NCBI GenBank assembly: GCA_010015585.1
Contig: ML975164.1
Source of the DNA: Eremomyces bilateralis CBS 781.70
Lineage: Eukaryota
Direction: 5' to 3' (one strand)
DNA length: 63,769 bases
Below are positions 44,940 to 57,958 of this stretch, piece by piece. Each line of letters opens with the position of its first letter. Positions within the stretch are counted from its first letter, which is position 1. The translations under genes were made by a program, and so were the position numbers. The notes beneath the pieces are model-generated. The model was not told the DNA's origin and searched no databases. It was given only the letters and a program-made list of their open reading frames with translations.

Positions 44940-45599
44940 ATGGACATCGACATCTCCGACATCCTCGCCTCCGTCTCCCCCCCCTCCGTCTCCCCCTCCC
45001 TCCTCGACCTCCAATCCCTCACCCGCGCCTTCATCGCCGAGCGCGTTGCTCCCTCTCTCCTCCCCTATCCCTCCGCCCTCATGACCCGCGTCCTCGCCCG
45101 CATCGCCGCGCAAATCGAGCTCGTCGAGCACGAAACCGGCAAGGTCGACCCGCGCGCCAACTTCCGCCTCGTGGTGCTGCAGACCGAGGTGGAGCGCTGG
45201 AAGTACCTGGTGCGGGCGCTGCTGCGCGCGCGGATCGCGAAGCTGGCGGACTATCCACTGTTTTACCTCGAGGATGCGGAGGTGAGTGGAAGGTTGTCGG
45301 CGGCGGAGCGGCAGTACTTGGGGGCAAGGCAAGGGTTGTTAGGGGAGCATTATGCGGTGGCGTTTTTGGGGCAGTTTCCGGCGGGGTTGCGGCGGTTGGA
45401 CGATGCGAGTGGGGGGGTGAGGATGGTGGATCGACCGGATGAGGAGGCGGCGGTGTTTGTGCGGTGTTTGCGGGATATAGGGCCGGTGAGGGTGGAGGGG
45501 ACGGATACGGAGGCGGATATGCGGAGGGGGGATGTGTGGGTGATGCGGTGGAGTGTGGTGAGGGAGTGGTGGGAGAATGGAGATGTGGAGCTGATTTGA
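44940..45599 (+). CDS. SLD5: GINS complex subunit 4
   Basis: MDIDISDILAS..DLQSLTRAFIAERVAPSLLPYP, QTEVERWKYLVRALLRARIAK, MVDRPDEEAAVFVR, GDVELI. Confidence 0.92.
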   Translation: MDIDISDILASVSPPSVSPSLLDLQSLTRAFIAERVAPSLLPYPSALMTRVLARIAAQIELVEHETGKVDPRANFRLVVLQTEVERWKYLVRALLRARIAKLADYPLFYLEDAEVSGRLSAAERQYLGARQGLLGEHYAVAFLGQFPAGLRRLDDASGGVRMVDRPDEEAAVFVRCLRDIGPVRVEGTDTEADMRRGDVWVMRWSVVREWWENGDVELI

Positions 45600-45748
45600 A
45601 GATTGGGGATGGAACGGTCGGATAGGATGAGCGAGAGACAGATTTCATGACGGGAGGTTGCTGGAGTGGTCATTGGATATCATGACGGTAAGACAAGGAC
45701 CTCGCCAATTCAGCGCAATCGTGGGCTAACAATAAGGAAACCAGACCG

Positions 45749-46999
45749 TCAGTGGCCTTGCAACCACCCAAGCATCTGCCCGAACGCCACATCCTGCGCT
45801 TGCTTTATCGCCGGATCTTCATAATCGCCATACACGGCGAACCCATGCGGAACTTTGGGGTACACTTTCACCTCATGTTCCACCTCCGCCTTCTCTAGCG
45901 CCTCCACCCCCCGCCGCCGCACCTCATCCGGAAACAGCGAATCGTTCTCCACGCAGATCAAACACATCGGAACCTTCACCCCCGCCACATCCTCCTTTTC
46001 AACTAGCGTCCCATGCGCCACTGCCCCTGCCTTGATCATCGGCCCCGTCGTCGTGATCCCCCGCTCCTCATCCACCTCCGTCTTCCCCCACCCGAGCGTC
46101 TCCTTGTGCTCCCCGGCGAGCAGCAAGATGTACTTGGCCCCGAAGCAGTATCCGACACCGTATACCCCCCCGCCGTTTGCCACGGCGTCGGCGAATTCCT
46201 CGTGGGCGCTTTCGAGGACTTTGTGTAGGACAGGGAGCACGCGCTGCGGGGTGTGGTAGGCGAGCCACATGTCGATGCGGAAAGACTTGACGACATCGGC
46301 GGCGCCGTGTTTGAGTTTTTCGATGATGGGGGAGGCGTCGTCGACGGAGTCGGTGGCGGAGTTGGGGGCGGGGTTGCCTTCGAATCTAGACGAGACATGT
46401 CAGACTGCGCGCTGGAGTGAGTTCGTGAGGTCGGGAGAACTGACTGATCTGGCATGACTACGACAAAGCCTTCCGACGCATATTTGTCCGCCTGCAATTG
46501 GTTGTTCGTCGATTTAATACCGGTGCCACCGGTGAGGAAGAGGAGGAGCTTGGACGGCGAGTGGGGATAGTCGGAGGGTTTAGATATGTAGCACTACAAC
46601 GGTCACTGTCTGATCAGACAATGGATGGGGTATGCTATACATCTATCGAACCCAAGCTGGCCATCTCCTACTCCTATATTAGCTCCTTTCCATCTATGCT
46701 TCGAGACTTCTTACTCCAGTCGGCACCTCTCCAATAGCTGTCTGAATGTCAATAGTGGTGGCTTAATAGAACTGTGGTCCTTACGAGTCGGCCGATCCGT
46801 CACGCAGTGCTCCTACACTTCATTAGAAGACGGCTCTTCAATTCATGCCTTGAACGCCACTCACTCCCATGCCGGCCCCCTCCTGTGCCTGACTATCGCC
46901 AGACGTCATCGGTGCCGTTTCAGTGGCGTCCATTTCCGGAGCTCTCGTCGCAACATCGTCGGTAGTAGGATCGGAGGCCGTGCGCGTAGGTTCAGACAT
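45749..46999 (-). CDS. Dienelactone hydrolase family alpha/beta hydrolase, multi-exon
   Basis: NNQLQADKYASEGFVVVMPD, nucleophile motif GVGYCFGAK, VENDSLF, YPKVPHGFAV. Confidence 0.88.
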
Positions 47000-47444
47000 G
47001 ATTGCAATGGACTTGAACAAATGAGCGGATATCAATTTATAAACTCTTCAACCAAAGATTTCGCTCCGAACACAGTTCAAATAAGCATAAGGTGAGATTC
47101 GTGGAATGCTTTGTTCATGTCTGAGAGGTTGGGGTGCGGAGCGGAGCGGGGTGGGGCGGAGTGCTTGGCTGCGGGGTAGTGATGGTCCCTTTCCCTTTGG
47201 CATCCTCCCCAGTCCCCTTTCTGTGCCATCCCAAGGGTGTTGTACGTGTAGTTTTTTCTCCTCAACAAAACAGAGTGAAATAAAGCTTAAGAGAATAAAT
47301 GTGGGGCGAAAATAATGTAATAATTGACCGTTTTCAACGCCTTAGGAGTGTCCAGTAACCAACCAGTGGTGTATTCCGTACCCTATGCTCTTCAAAGTTC
47401 AAACTTCCCCTCTAGTCACGTGAATCATCTCATTTAGCGCGACG

Positions 47445-47488
47445 ACGCGTCGCAATGCTGAACGCGTCCATCAACTTGCCACCGCGAA
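47445..47488. promoter_or_regulatory. MluI cell-cycle boxes (ACGCGT at 47445 and 47462, CGCGAA at 47483) upstream of RFA1
   Basis: Exact motifs 75-120 bp before the RFA1 ATG; RFA1 is an established MBF target in yeasts. Confidence 0.75.
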
Positions 47489-47561
47489 GCGATTTAATTT
47501 CATGACAACGCTGCCTAACAATTGCTCGTGGAGGAAGTTAAACATCACATTATCCATCAAT

Positions 47562-49717
47562 ATGACGGCAGAATCACCTGCTGCAGCTGCAGCCAAAGAG
47601 ACCATTACCCAGGGCATCATCAAGTTCGTCCACCGTCCGCAAAATCATTGCATGATCGCTAATGACAGTCCAGACGAATCTTTGTCGAAACTGGCAAAGA
47701 TGGCATCAAAGATGAGCAGTTCGTCGTGCAAATCATCAACCTTCGTGAGCAAACGAAACCAGGTGGTGCTAGACGGATCAGGCTCGTCATGAACGATACT
47801 CAGTTCACGGCGTTCGGAATTCTTGATGCGCGTACGTCCTCCGCTTCTACAAATCTCAAATGCATCGGATCGCTTACTTGTCACAGATCTCTGTCCGCTT
47901 GTGGACGAAGGCTCTTTGCGCCAGGGCCAGCTTGTCCGGGTGTTAAAGCATCAGCTCGTTATATCCAACGCCACCGGAGCCAAGTCAGTACATTTCATCT
48001 CCGGTTCGTCCTCGTGCTGACTAGATGTAGATTCGCAATGATCGAAGAGATGGAGGTACTCGCCCAGTACGGAACGCAGGAGAAGATTGGAAATCCTCGA
48101 AACATCTCCGAAATCCTCGACTCGGCAAAAGACGCCGGCGCAAAGCCGCAGCCAGCTGGAATAACGGGTGACAACTTCTACGGTGCGAAGCCCGAATCGA
48201 AAGCGCAAGATATCCCTCAACGTTCCAACAATCCTCGACCTGGCTTTGGAGGTGGCGCTCATCCACACGTTCTTCCGATCGAGGGTCTCAGTCCATACCA
48301 GAACAAATGGACCATTCGAGTCCGTTGCACGCATAAGTCGGATATCAAGACCTGGCACAAGCAGAGTGGAGAAGGCAAGCTCTTCAGCGTCAACCTTCTG
48401 GACGAGGGCGGCGAGATCCGGGCGACTGGCTTCAATGCTGAGTGCGACAATCTATATGACCTTTTCCAGGAAGGCATGGTGTACTACATTTCCAGTCCTG
48501 CCAAGATTAATATTGCGAAGCGGCAATTCACTCAGATCAACAACGAGTATGAGATTGTGTTTGAGAGGGATACACAGGTCGAGAAGGTAAGCAGATTGTC
48601 TGCGCGCCTGAAATGTTACTAATACCATTCAGGCCGAAGATCAATCCAACGCTCCCCAAGTCCGCTACAACTTCACACCCATTGGCAGCCTCCAAGACAT
48701 CGCGAAGGACACGACCATCGATACCATCGGTGTTCTCAAAGATGTTGGCGAGCTATCCCAGATCGTCTCCAAGACCACCAGCAAGCCATACGACAAGCGC
48801 GAACTCACACTCGTGGACGATTCGTTGCATTCGGTACGTCTGACGATCTGGGGAAACCAGGCCACCAACTTCGACACCATGCCGGAAAGTATCATCGCGT
48901 TCAAGGGCTGCAAAGTCTCAGATTTCGGCGGTCGAAGTCTTTCCCTCCTAAGCTCCGGCTCCATGACCGTCAGCCCAGACATCGACGATGCATTCCGTCT
49001 CAAAGGATGGTTTGACGCCCAAGGCAAGACCGATACCTTTACCACGTTCCAGAACATGGCTGGAGCCGGCGACATGGGGGGGACGCGGTCCAACGAGCTG
49101 AAGACAATCGGGCAAGTCAAGGACGAGGAGCTGGGCATGCACAACGAACCGGCGTACTTCACTGTCAAAGCCACCATCTCCTATGTCAAGCGTGAGAACT
49201 ACTGCTACGCGGCTTGCAAAGGGGACAGCTGCAACCGCAAGGTTCAGGAGATCGAGCCGGGGAACTGGCGATGCGAGTGGTGCGAGAAGAGTCATGACGC
49301 GCCGAATTACCGGTATATCATCTCGATCAACGTGGTCGATCACACCGGATCGATGTGGCTGACGTGCTTCGACGAGCCGGGGAACGTCGTCATGGGGATG
49401 AGTGCGAACGAGCTGCATGCGCTGGGTGAGGAGGGGAATAATACGCTTGTGTTCGAGGATGCGAACCTCAAGACGTTGACATTCCGTTGCAGAGCGAAGA
49501 CGGACACCTACCAGGACCAGCAACGGTGAGTTCTGCTACCAACCTACCCGTCGTACCATATGCTTACTGACATTATTCTAGGATTCGATATCAGGTCAAT
49601 TCTGCTGCTCCTCTCAATTTCCCTGCTGAGTCTGCCAGACTCCAAGCGTTGATCAAGCAGTACGAGGGTCTCCCGGATCTTGTTAAGGAGGCAGGTGACC
49701 AGAGTCTCTTTGTTTAG
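47562..49717 (+). CDS. RFA1: Replication protein A large subunit, multi-exon
   Basis: PIEGLSPYQNKWTIRVR, GEGKLFSVNLLDEGGEIRATGF, KVSDFGGRSLS, C4 zinc motif ACKGDSCNRK..WRCEWC, FRCRAKTDTY. Confidence 0.96.
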
Positions 49718-50459
49718 TAGGGTCCTACTCAGATTGGCGTGTTTGGTGGGTGTCTTCATACTGTCATGTCTATCCGAAGGACGTCGAGATGGGAAGTATC
49801 ACTGTGTACGGGTGCATGATCCACCATGAATATGGGTACTGGCATAAGCATATGCGGATTACACATCTGTGTATGCTATGAGACGAAAACATGGAGTTAC
49901 ATGGATAGGGGTTCAACAAGGTGGGATACTTGTATTAGAGAGGACAATGACAGATACCAATGTAGTATCAATTACAACGGGCTTCACATTGCATGGTGCC
50001 TTCGATCTCCTTACCGCGACAAGCCGCACAGCCAAATCCTTTTTCATTTGCTCTCTTCTTATCCGAGCCCATATCTGCCTATCATATCCGATGCCGATGT
50101 TGGATCGTCCAGAATTTCCTAGGGGCTAGCTAACCCCGCCCTTCGCGCCCTTGGGTCCAGATTTCCCATCCCTGACATCACATTCGCCCGCCAGAATCGG
50201 AGCTCTCTGATAGCTTTATCTCCTTGGATAGTACATGTTATCAATCGAAATACTGGCATTGACGAACCCTGACGCGGCAGTTGACAGGACTGTTATGAAA
50301 CAAGTAGAGCTCCCCCGAGTTGGTTATAAGTCTTACATCTCCTTCCTCGTTCTGTTGCTCTTAGAATTCGCTCGAGTCATCTACCTTTGAGGTCCAATTG
50401 AGTGCAATTCTGAGAATCTTCAACATAAACCTAGCTGTCTTTACATTCATTCGTTCACT

Positions 50460-52028
50460 ATGGGTCTAAAGGGAATTAAATATGCCGCGAAGGTGGACCT
50501 GGAGAAGCCCGCCGCTGAGCAGGCATGCTTACATGTATGACCGCTTTTACAAATACCTATCATTCTGTGCAGTGTTGGCTGACTTACCGCAGAATCGCTG
50601 GCACCCCGATAGTGAGTAATTATCCTAATTCAGAAACCGAACGGACGGCCAGATCTAACAATCCCCTTAGTCCCCTCGGTCACCACCATCACCCCCGGCG
50701 AACCTGTCAAAATTGAATGCATCGACTGGACCGGCGGCCAAATCGGCAACAATGACTCTGCCAATGATGTCCGCGACGTCGACCTCACCCGTGTGCACTA
50801 CCTCACCGGCCCCTTCGACATCTCCGGTGCCGAACCCGGCGACGTCCTCCTCGTCGAAATCCAAGACGTGCAGCCCCTAGAAGAGCAACCCTGGGGCTTC
50901 ACAGGCGTGTTCGCGAAAGAGAATGGCGGCGGGTTCCTCGACGAACTGTACCCCGCGCCCGCGAAAGCCATCTGGGACTTCGAGGGGATCCACTGCAGCA
51001 GTCGGCATATCCCCGGGGTGCGGTTCGCGGGGCTGATCCATCCAGGGATCCTGGGGTGCGCGCCCAGTCAGGAGGTATTGGAGACGTGGAATCGGAGAGA
51101 GGGGGAGCTGGTGGCGGCGAATACGGAGGTGGGGAGGGAGGTGGCGAAGTTGCCGGAGCCGGTGAATGTGCATGCGGGGAGTGCGGATAAGGAGATGAAG
51201 GAACGGGTGGGGAGGGAGGGGGCGAGGACGATTCCTGGAAGGCCGGAACATGGTGGGAATTGCGATATTAAGAACTTGTCGCGAGGGAGTAAGGTGTATC
51301 TGCCGGTGCATGTTAAAGGGGCGAAGTTTAGTGTGGGAGATCTGCATTTCTCGCGTAAGTAAATCCGGTGTACAGATGTGAAGTGCTATGCTGATGGTTA
51401 CTCCTCCAGAGGGCGATGGAGAGATTTCTTGTAAGTCATGACCCCTCAAGACACGCGTGAAGGCCTCGAAATAACCTTGTCAAGTCTGCGGCGCCATCGA
51501 AATGGCAGGTGTTATCACCCTCAAGTTCTCGGTCATAAAGAACGGCCTGGCCGAACTCGCCATGAAGTCTCCGATTTACATTCCAGGCCCCGTCGAGCCG
51601 CAATTCGGACCGGGACGATACATCTACTTCGAAGGATTCAGTGTCGACGAGAACGGCAAACAGCACTACATGGATACGACGGTCGCGTATCGGCAGACGA
51701 CGCTCCGGTGTTTCGAGTACTTGAAGCGATTCGGTAGGTTCTATCCGGGAAATTACGACGCTATAGCTGCTGACCGTGAAAGGCTATAATGACTACCAGA
51801 TTTATCTGCTGCTTTCATGTGCTCCTGTACAAGGCCACATTGCCGGTGTTGTGGATGTGAGTTAAACCGCGGATGCTACTGATGACGACTGAGAATGGCT
51901 GACTGTCCCAGATTCCAAACGCCTGCACCACCATGGGGCTTCCGATCGATATCTTCGACTTTGATATTTTACCATCGGCGCCGGTCCAGAAGAGGGACAT
52001 GGGATCGTGTGCATTTGCAAGCAACTAA
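50460..52028 (+). CDS. fmdS: Formamidase (FmdA/AmdA family), many short exons
   Basis: HNRWHPD, ECIDWTGGQI, HYLTGP, GRPEHGGNCDIKNLSRGS, GDLHFSQGDGEISFCGAIEM, VVDIPNACTTMGLP. Confidence 0.93.
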
Positions 52029-52040
52029 TCATCTTTTTGG

Positions 52041-53995
52041 TTATATTGGTATGGGCCGACTCTGCGTTGACGCTCCGTCGTCTATATATAGCCAACCGAG
52101 CTTTGAAGAAATGAAATCTCTCACAACCGGGCCCTTTTCAAGCACCAAGACCGTCGCAAGTACAATGAACAAACAAGGAAACGCCACCGCGCAATACACG
52201 TAAAATTCCTTGCTCCCCGGCTTATACGGGTCTCCGATACTAAAAATGCTCGCGATCGACGCCAACGGCACGAACACTGTCGCGACATACGTCAACAGCT
52301 TCAGCGTCCCCTGCTCTTCCCTCGCCAGCTTCGCCTCTTCGATCGCCTGCCGGTTCCCCTGCATCCCCGCCCGCCCGATGATGTGGTTCGTCGACCGGTC
52401 ATAGTAGTCCTTGAGCGCGTTCAGCCGCTGCGCCGCGAACTGGAAATCTTTCCGACAGTCCCGCCAGTCTTGCGTGCGGGTGCAGCTGGGGTCATTCCAG
52501 CGGATCCCAAGGCTGAGGATTGTAGTCTCGATATCTCCGAGGTATTCTTGGACTCGGAAACGGTACCAGGCGTTCTCTAGGGAGCGGGTATTGATCGCGA
52601 TGGTGGGTTTCGCGGGCTTGAGGTCGAACCATGACTTGGTCTTGGGGGATGAGGTAGCATCTTTCCAGTCGGCGGTTCGGATGGCGTCGAATTGGTTGCT
52701 GATGAGGGAGATGAGTTGAATGTATTTCGAGGCGCAGATCTTCTTGACGAAGAGGAATGGATCGTCGTCGGAGAGGTGGTGCCCATGCTTCGTGTAGTAG
52801 TACACCAGGTCATCAAAAAGGCATTCTCGTGCTGGTTCTGTAGTGGTCGAAATGCCCTGGCTCGGCTGATGCTGAGAGTCATTGTCAGACGGCGATATGG
52901 AGCGTGCGTCTCCAGTCTGTGAAGCTTCATGTTGCAAAAACTTGTTGTATCCATCCGGCCTCGGTACGAAATCCGCATATCCCCCAAGAAAATTGCTCAT
53001 GTTATTGAGGTCAATGGGCGAACCTCTCGCTATCCGCTTGAGGGCCGGATCGCAGAGTATGAGCGCTGGAACACATTAGCTAGAGGATCCTAATTGTTGA
53101 GAACTAACTCACCATCATATCCCCCGTCCTTGTATCTATGTATCCAAAAAGAACATTTCCTTGGCGTGATCAACACAGTCTCATCCTCACGCTCTTGCCA
53201 ACGGTGGTAGATCACTGGCCGAGCTGTATCCGCACAGTTCGCCGTGAGCAACTTCTTATGTTCTGTCGACTTGTGTCGACCATCTTCAACCTCACCAAAC
53301 TGTACCTCCTTTCCGCTGTATTTGTACAAGTCATAGTATCGGATACAGGCATAGTCGCACAGGTCATGGGCAGACGGCAGGGTGGGAACCTCGATGTGTT
53401 CGTCGAAAACAATCTTCGTCCCCCGCTCGACATGCTGCGCGAAGAACATGGGATCCAGTCCCAGTTCGCAGAAGAATTCTCCGAATAGCTTGACCAGGGC
53501 AGGCGTGACGCCTTCAGCTAGGTATATCCTCTTTCTCTTCCTACTTCTAATTGGGGTTCCTTGCTCATCCGGCGAGTCATCTCCATTCGTAACCCTTTCT
53601 ATTTTGATTTCTTGCCTCCGCTGCTGAAAGTGTTCACTCCACAGAGTGCTGTCCACATCTCCAAGTCCCACCGTTTCTTGGAACCCATCTCCATACGACT
53701 CGATGAGGCAAGTCTTCGTCTTTCGCGCATGTAACGGGGCGATAGCAGCCGACGACGAGTCTTGCCTCCGCAGGCTCGGTTCAGCCTGGCATAGCCGCTG
53801 AATGTACCTCTGAAGGACGCCTGTATCACAAAGCCAGCTCCCGTCATTGCGAGCTATTGCCTCCGCTCGTTCAGTGGATATGCTGCTTACGTGACCGGCC
53901 GATATACCTCTTCCATTGGTACCTGTTCGAGAAATCCCGGATCTTTGTGTCTGGCGATGACTTGGAAGTAACGGGAGGCCGGTAGAAGTGGACAT
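52041..53995 (-). CDS. Fungal CorA-like membrane protein lacking the GMN motif; intron 53066-53112
   Basis: GLDPMFFAQH, GYDALILCDP, FLGGYADF, and a C-terminal two-TM block LKLLTYVATVFVPLASIASIFSI..FYVYCAVAFP. Confidence 0.72.
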
Positions 53996-54749
53996 TGTTG
54001 GACTGAATGACGAAATGGCTTGATTGTCGAAGAACGCTGACTCAGGAAGGGCAAGAACAAGGTACAGAGATGTTTATTGATCATGATTGAAAACTAGAGT
54101 TTGATCTACACTTAAAACCCACGGGTAGGCATCTCCAGCCTTGCAGTACCAGGCTGAGGCCTAGGAGGTCTCGAATCTCTCGATCCCATACGGCTAGATG
54201 ATTGTCCGATAAGGCCCATGGCACGTCACATTGGCCCACGTTCGCGAAACGAGGTGTGCATATCGATGTTTTACCCTCCGCATTTTGAAAGCGATCAGTT
54301 CCATGAGGTTCGAGCCTTTCGTACGCCCTGGAGGAGGCAGGACAAGGCAGCATTGTCATCAGCCACCAGCGCTTCACGAGGCGCTGCATCCACCCGTTTC
54401 AAATGGCGGGGAAGGGCTGGCAGTCAGGGCTGTTTGGTATCGCGGTATCTACCATTAGAATGACAATGAGTACTAAGTTTGGGGCAGGCAAATATTGTTG
54501 TAGAAGTAATACAGAAGATGGGAGAAGTTAGCAACATATGATGCACTGCTGGGTCGGACTGGAGTTTGCCTTGGGGCCTCAATCGCGTCGCGTCGTAACG
54601 TCAACCACGTCTACTAGTCAAGTCCAACCATTATACCTATCCTAAATACCCCCAACAGCGATTTACCTCTACCCATTCTTCGATCACGCTCAAAACTTCC
54701 AATTCTCCTTGGTCCTATCTCAAGCACTCCTAACCATAGTCCACGCATC

Positions 54750-55387
54750 ATGCCCCCCAAGCGAACCAAAGCCGACTACGAAGCCGATGACTTCGTCGTC
54801 TCCGACGAACATGACGATTCCGCTCCCAGCAAGAGATCCAAAACCTCAAAGGTCGCCTCAAAGGGCGCGAGTAAAGTTAATAATAAACCGCAAACCGACG
54901 ACGAAGGCGGATTGTTCTGGGAGGTATGTCTGGACCATCGGCGCCTGCGCAAGCCCGCAATCCACGCCCGCTAATCGAGGACCGGGCGCAGATCTCTAAC
55001 ACTCGACGGGTCACGATCAGCGAGTACAGAGGGAAGACGATGGTGAGCTTGCGGGAATATTACGAGAAAGACGGGAAGGTGTTGCCCGGGAGGAAGGTAG
55101 GCTCTATTCAGCCCTCTACTGAACCCCATGCTGGACATCTAGAATCTGACCACAGGGATACCTAGGGAATTACCCTTACGCTGGAACAGTACTCAAATCT
55201 TGTCACTCTGCTACCGCACATCGAGAAGGTGCTGGACGATCGAGAGGAGCAGGTGGCGAGACCGGAATATGATGAGTTGAAAGCGGAATCGGCAGAGGAG
55301 GATAAGATCGAGGTGAGGGGTATTGGGGGGTCGAAACCCGAGCCGTCGAGGCCAAATTTCGTAGCGACAGATGATGAGGATGAGTGA
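54750..55387 (+). CDS. SUB1: PC4/Sub1 ssDNA-binding transcription coactivator; exons 54750-54923, 54991-55096, 55166-55387
   Basis: [47 protein letters not shown] after splicing. Confidence 0.93.
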
Positions 55388-57958
55388 GTGATAGTTGTGG
55401 TTGGGAAGAGCTGCTTGGATGAGGTGATTTTGGCACACATACCTTGCCTATTTGCGGTAAGGAGATGCGCCGCTAAGTGTATTATAGTATGAGAACAACC
55501 GTCGGTTCAGACGGCGTTAACGACAGGATGAATCATCTTCCCAAGCGTGTAGGATAAGTACGCTTGCAAAGGGGGTTGACAGCGCTCACTGTGGAGCGCC
55601 GATGACACGGCGAGAGAATCTTATAACGGGCCGAGTCCTTGAGAATCCAATGCGTACAACGTGCTGAGCGTGTGTTCGGAAGACATGGGGCTCCTCCATT
55701 CGATGAACTGCTTCCGTGTCCGTCTGATCATCCGTCTTCGGTTCAGTATAACCATTCAAACGCGAAAGGAAGCGTTCGAGTTCACCATTCTCCACAGCAT
55801 CTCCCCTTCCTTCGTCGCTTGGTCCCCGAGCTTCCTCATTGAAGACGCTAACGGTGAAGTGATGGAGGAAATGTCACCGGGCTTCGGCTGCTTCTGCGGA
55901 TATCGCTTCATCGACTGAGGCGACGCGACGTAGCATGTTAGACAAGTGTATGAATGCTCGAATAAATAGCACATGATAACAAGAGTCAGACTTGACGGGA
56001 ATTGAGAGTTAGACCGTGCTTAAATACGACTCATGACAAGAGGGCGCTCCAGCGCCGGTTCTCTCCTCCGTAATGGTGGATATATCTTAAGAAATGCCCA
56101 AGCCAACACCGACGGGCATAGATTCGACACAAATTAGCAACGCTGAATACAGAAAACATGAGGTCTAGGCGATTAAGCCTGATCTGCAGTTCAAACGTAT
56201 CGAATATCGATGCATTCAACGCGATCGACACGATCCGGATCGTAGATCCTCAGCCATATCTTGATTATCTTCCTTTTGATGTCGATCATCATGAAACTGT
56301 CCGTACAGCTGACGGAATTTTCGCCATCAACCGAGTGTTTGATATGAAGGCAAACAACGATAGTGTATAGGATGGACTTGAATCTTGATACTGACGGTTC
56401 CATTTCGACCGCCCCTGCAGTCTGGGCCTGATAGCGGGAAGCGTTGCCTGTTGCTCCTTGCTGCATAGGTACTTTCGCTTACGTACAGATACTGCGTCCC
56501 CTCAGGGTGTGCGTATGTGTAAACGAGAATACGTACGTACTACATAATTACTATGTATGTACAGGTAAGCAGCCACCCCACGCCATACAAGCAGTTGCAA
56601 GGCCAATCCACCTTCGAGTCAGGATACGTTGACTTGAAGTTGGCGAGCTTTGTGGTCTCCTAAACTGCTCACTGCTGGCCCGGTAGCTTTCATGAGCAGT
56701 GATACGGATACTGCATAATTACAGAATTGCCATGATAGATGTTCTCAGGTTATCCTGAATCCCACGACGGATCTCAGAACTGCCGAGCATCAGACTCGTT
56801 CTAGAAGGTGGTTAAGTGGAGGAACATTCATTGACATTTGACGCCAATGATGCGAAGATCAAATGCTGGCCGATGGTCCTGGTGCCAAGCCGCTTAGGAC
56901 GCCACACTCCCCGCAGGCTGCAAGGCAGTCAGATACCAGGCAAGCCAGCGCAGCTTAACCATTCCAATGATGATTCCAATTTCCATGTATTTATGCGTAC
57001 AGATACTGAGTGGAACTTGGATTATGTGGCATAAAGACAGTGAAATGAGCTTCGAATCAATATCATTATATGTATGAATGTCATCCTGGTATCTGACAAA
57101 GTTAGCCGCGAAAAAGCAAATGAATACGGCAGCCCCTGTCGCGACTCGAACTCAGGTACGAATGATTGGGTGGTCCCCCTTTTCCCACCGCGAATGCTTA
57201 GCCTCCTCCACTGTGTTGAAGCTCCATCGTCAATTTGGCATTCCCATTAATCCGTTAGGTATTATCCACTATCCCAATCCGATCATCCCGTAACCCGTTA
57301 GGCCTTGTCCCGTAGTCCAATTCGCTCGCGTGTCTATCCCTTTTACTGGTCCACAGAAGCGCTGGTCTTCTTGTTCACGAGGCTTGTCTTCGTCCATATT
57401 TCCACCTTCTCGTCGTTCTCTCCACTCCTGTCAACTGTCAAGTGTCAACAGTCTCCCTCCGTCGATCTCTTCAAACCACTCCTCGTGGCATCATCTGGCA
57501 TGCAGCGAAGGAAGCCGATCCTTAACAATATAATTCGGTACTAATTCTCTTCTTTACCGCTTCGAGCGGGTACCCGACGACTGTGCTTTTTTTTTAATCT
57601 ACCCATATTTTGCAGGCCTAGAGTTGGTGTGGCTTGCCTCGGAACACCCATTCTCCAACCACCACCAGGCAAGAAGCACGACCGCTCCATTCCTCTACGC
57701 TGTCTGTCGCAAGTTTTTGCTTCGTGCCTTCACCACCGATGCCAGGAATTCCACGTTAGAGATAGATTCTGGATTGTGCAACGTCGGTTACCTGCGATTC
57801 ATCATCGCGTCAAATCTTCCAGTCACTATCGAGACAGCGGCTCCTGTGACACTTGAGTACATCAAAAGCCGCCGCAGTGCCGCACCCATTGGCACCACGC
57901 CTCTTACCGCCTTGACATCGACTCTTCTTCCTTCCCTTCTTTGCTTCCTCCTCTCGAC

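Noticed and set aside
55586..56466. Short minus-strand ORFs between SUB1 and SPA2
   Set aside because: Interrupted by stops and no family recognised; insufficient support even for a pseudogene call.
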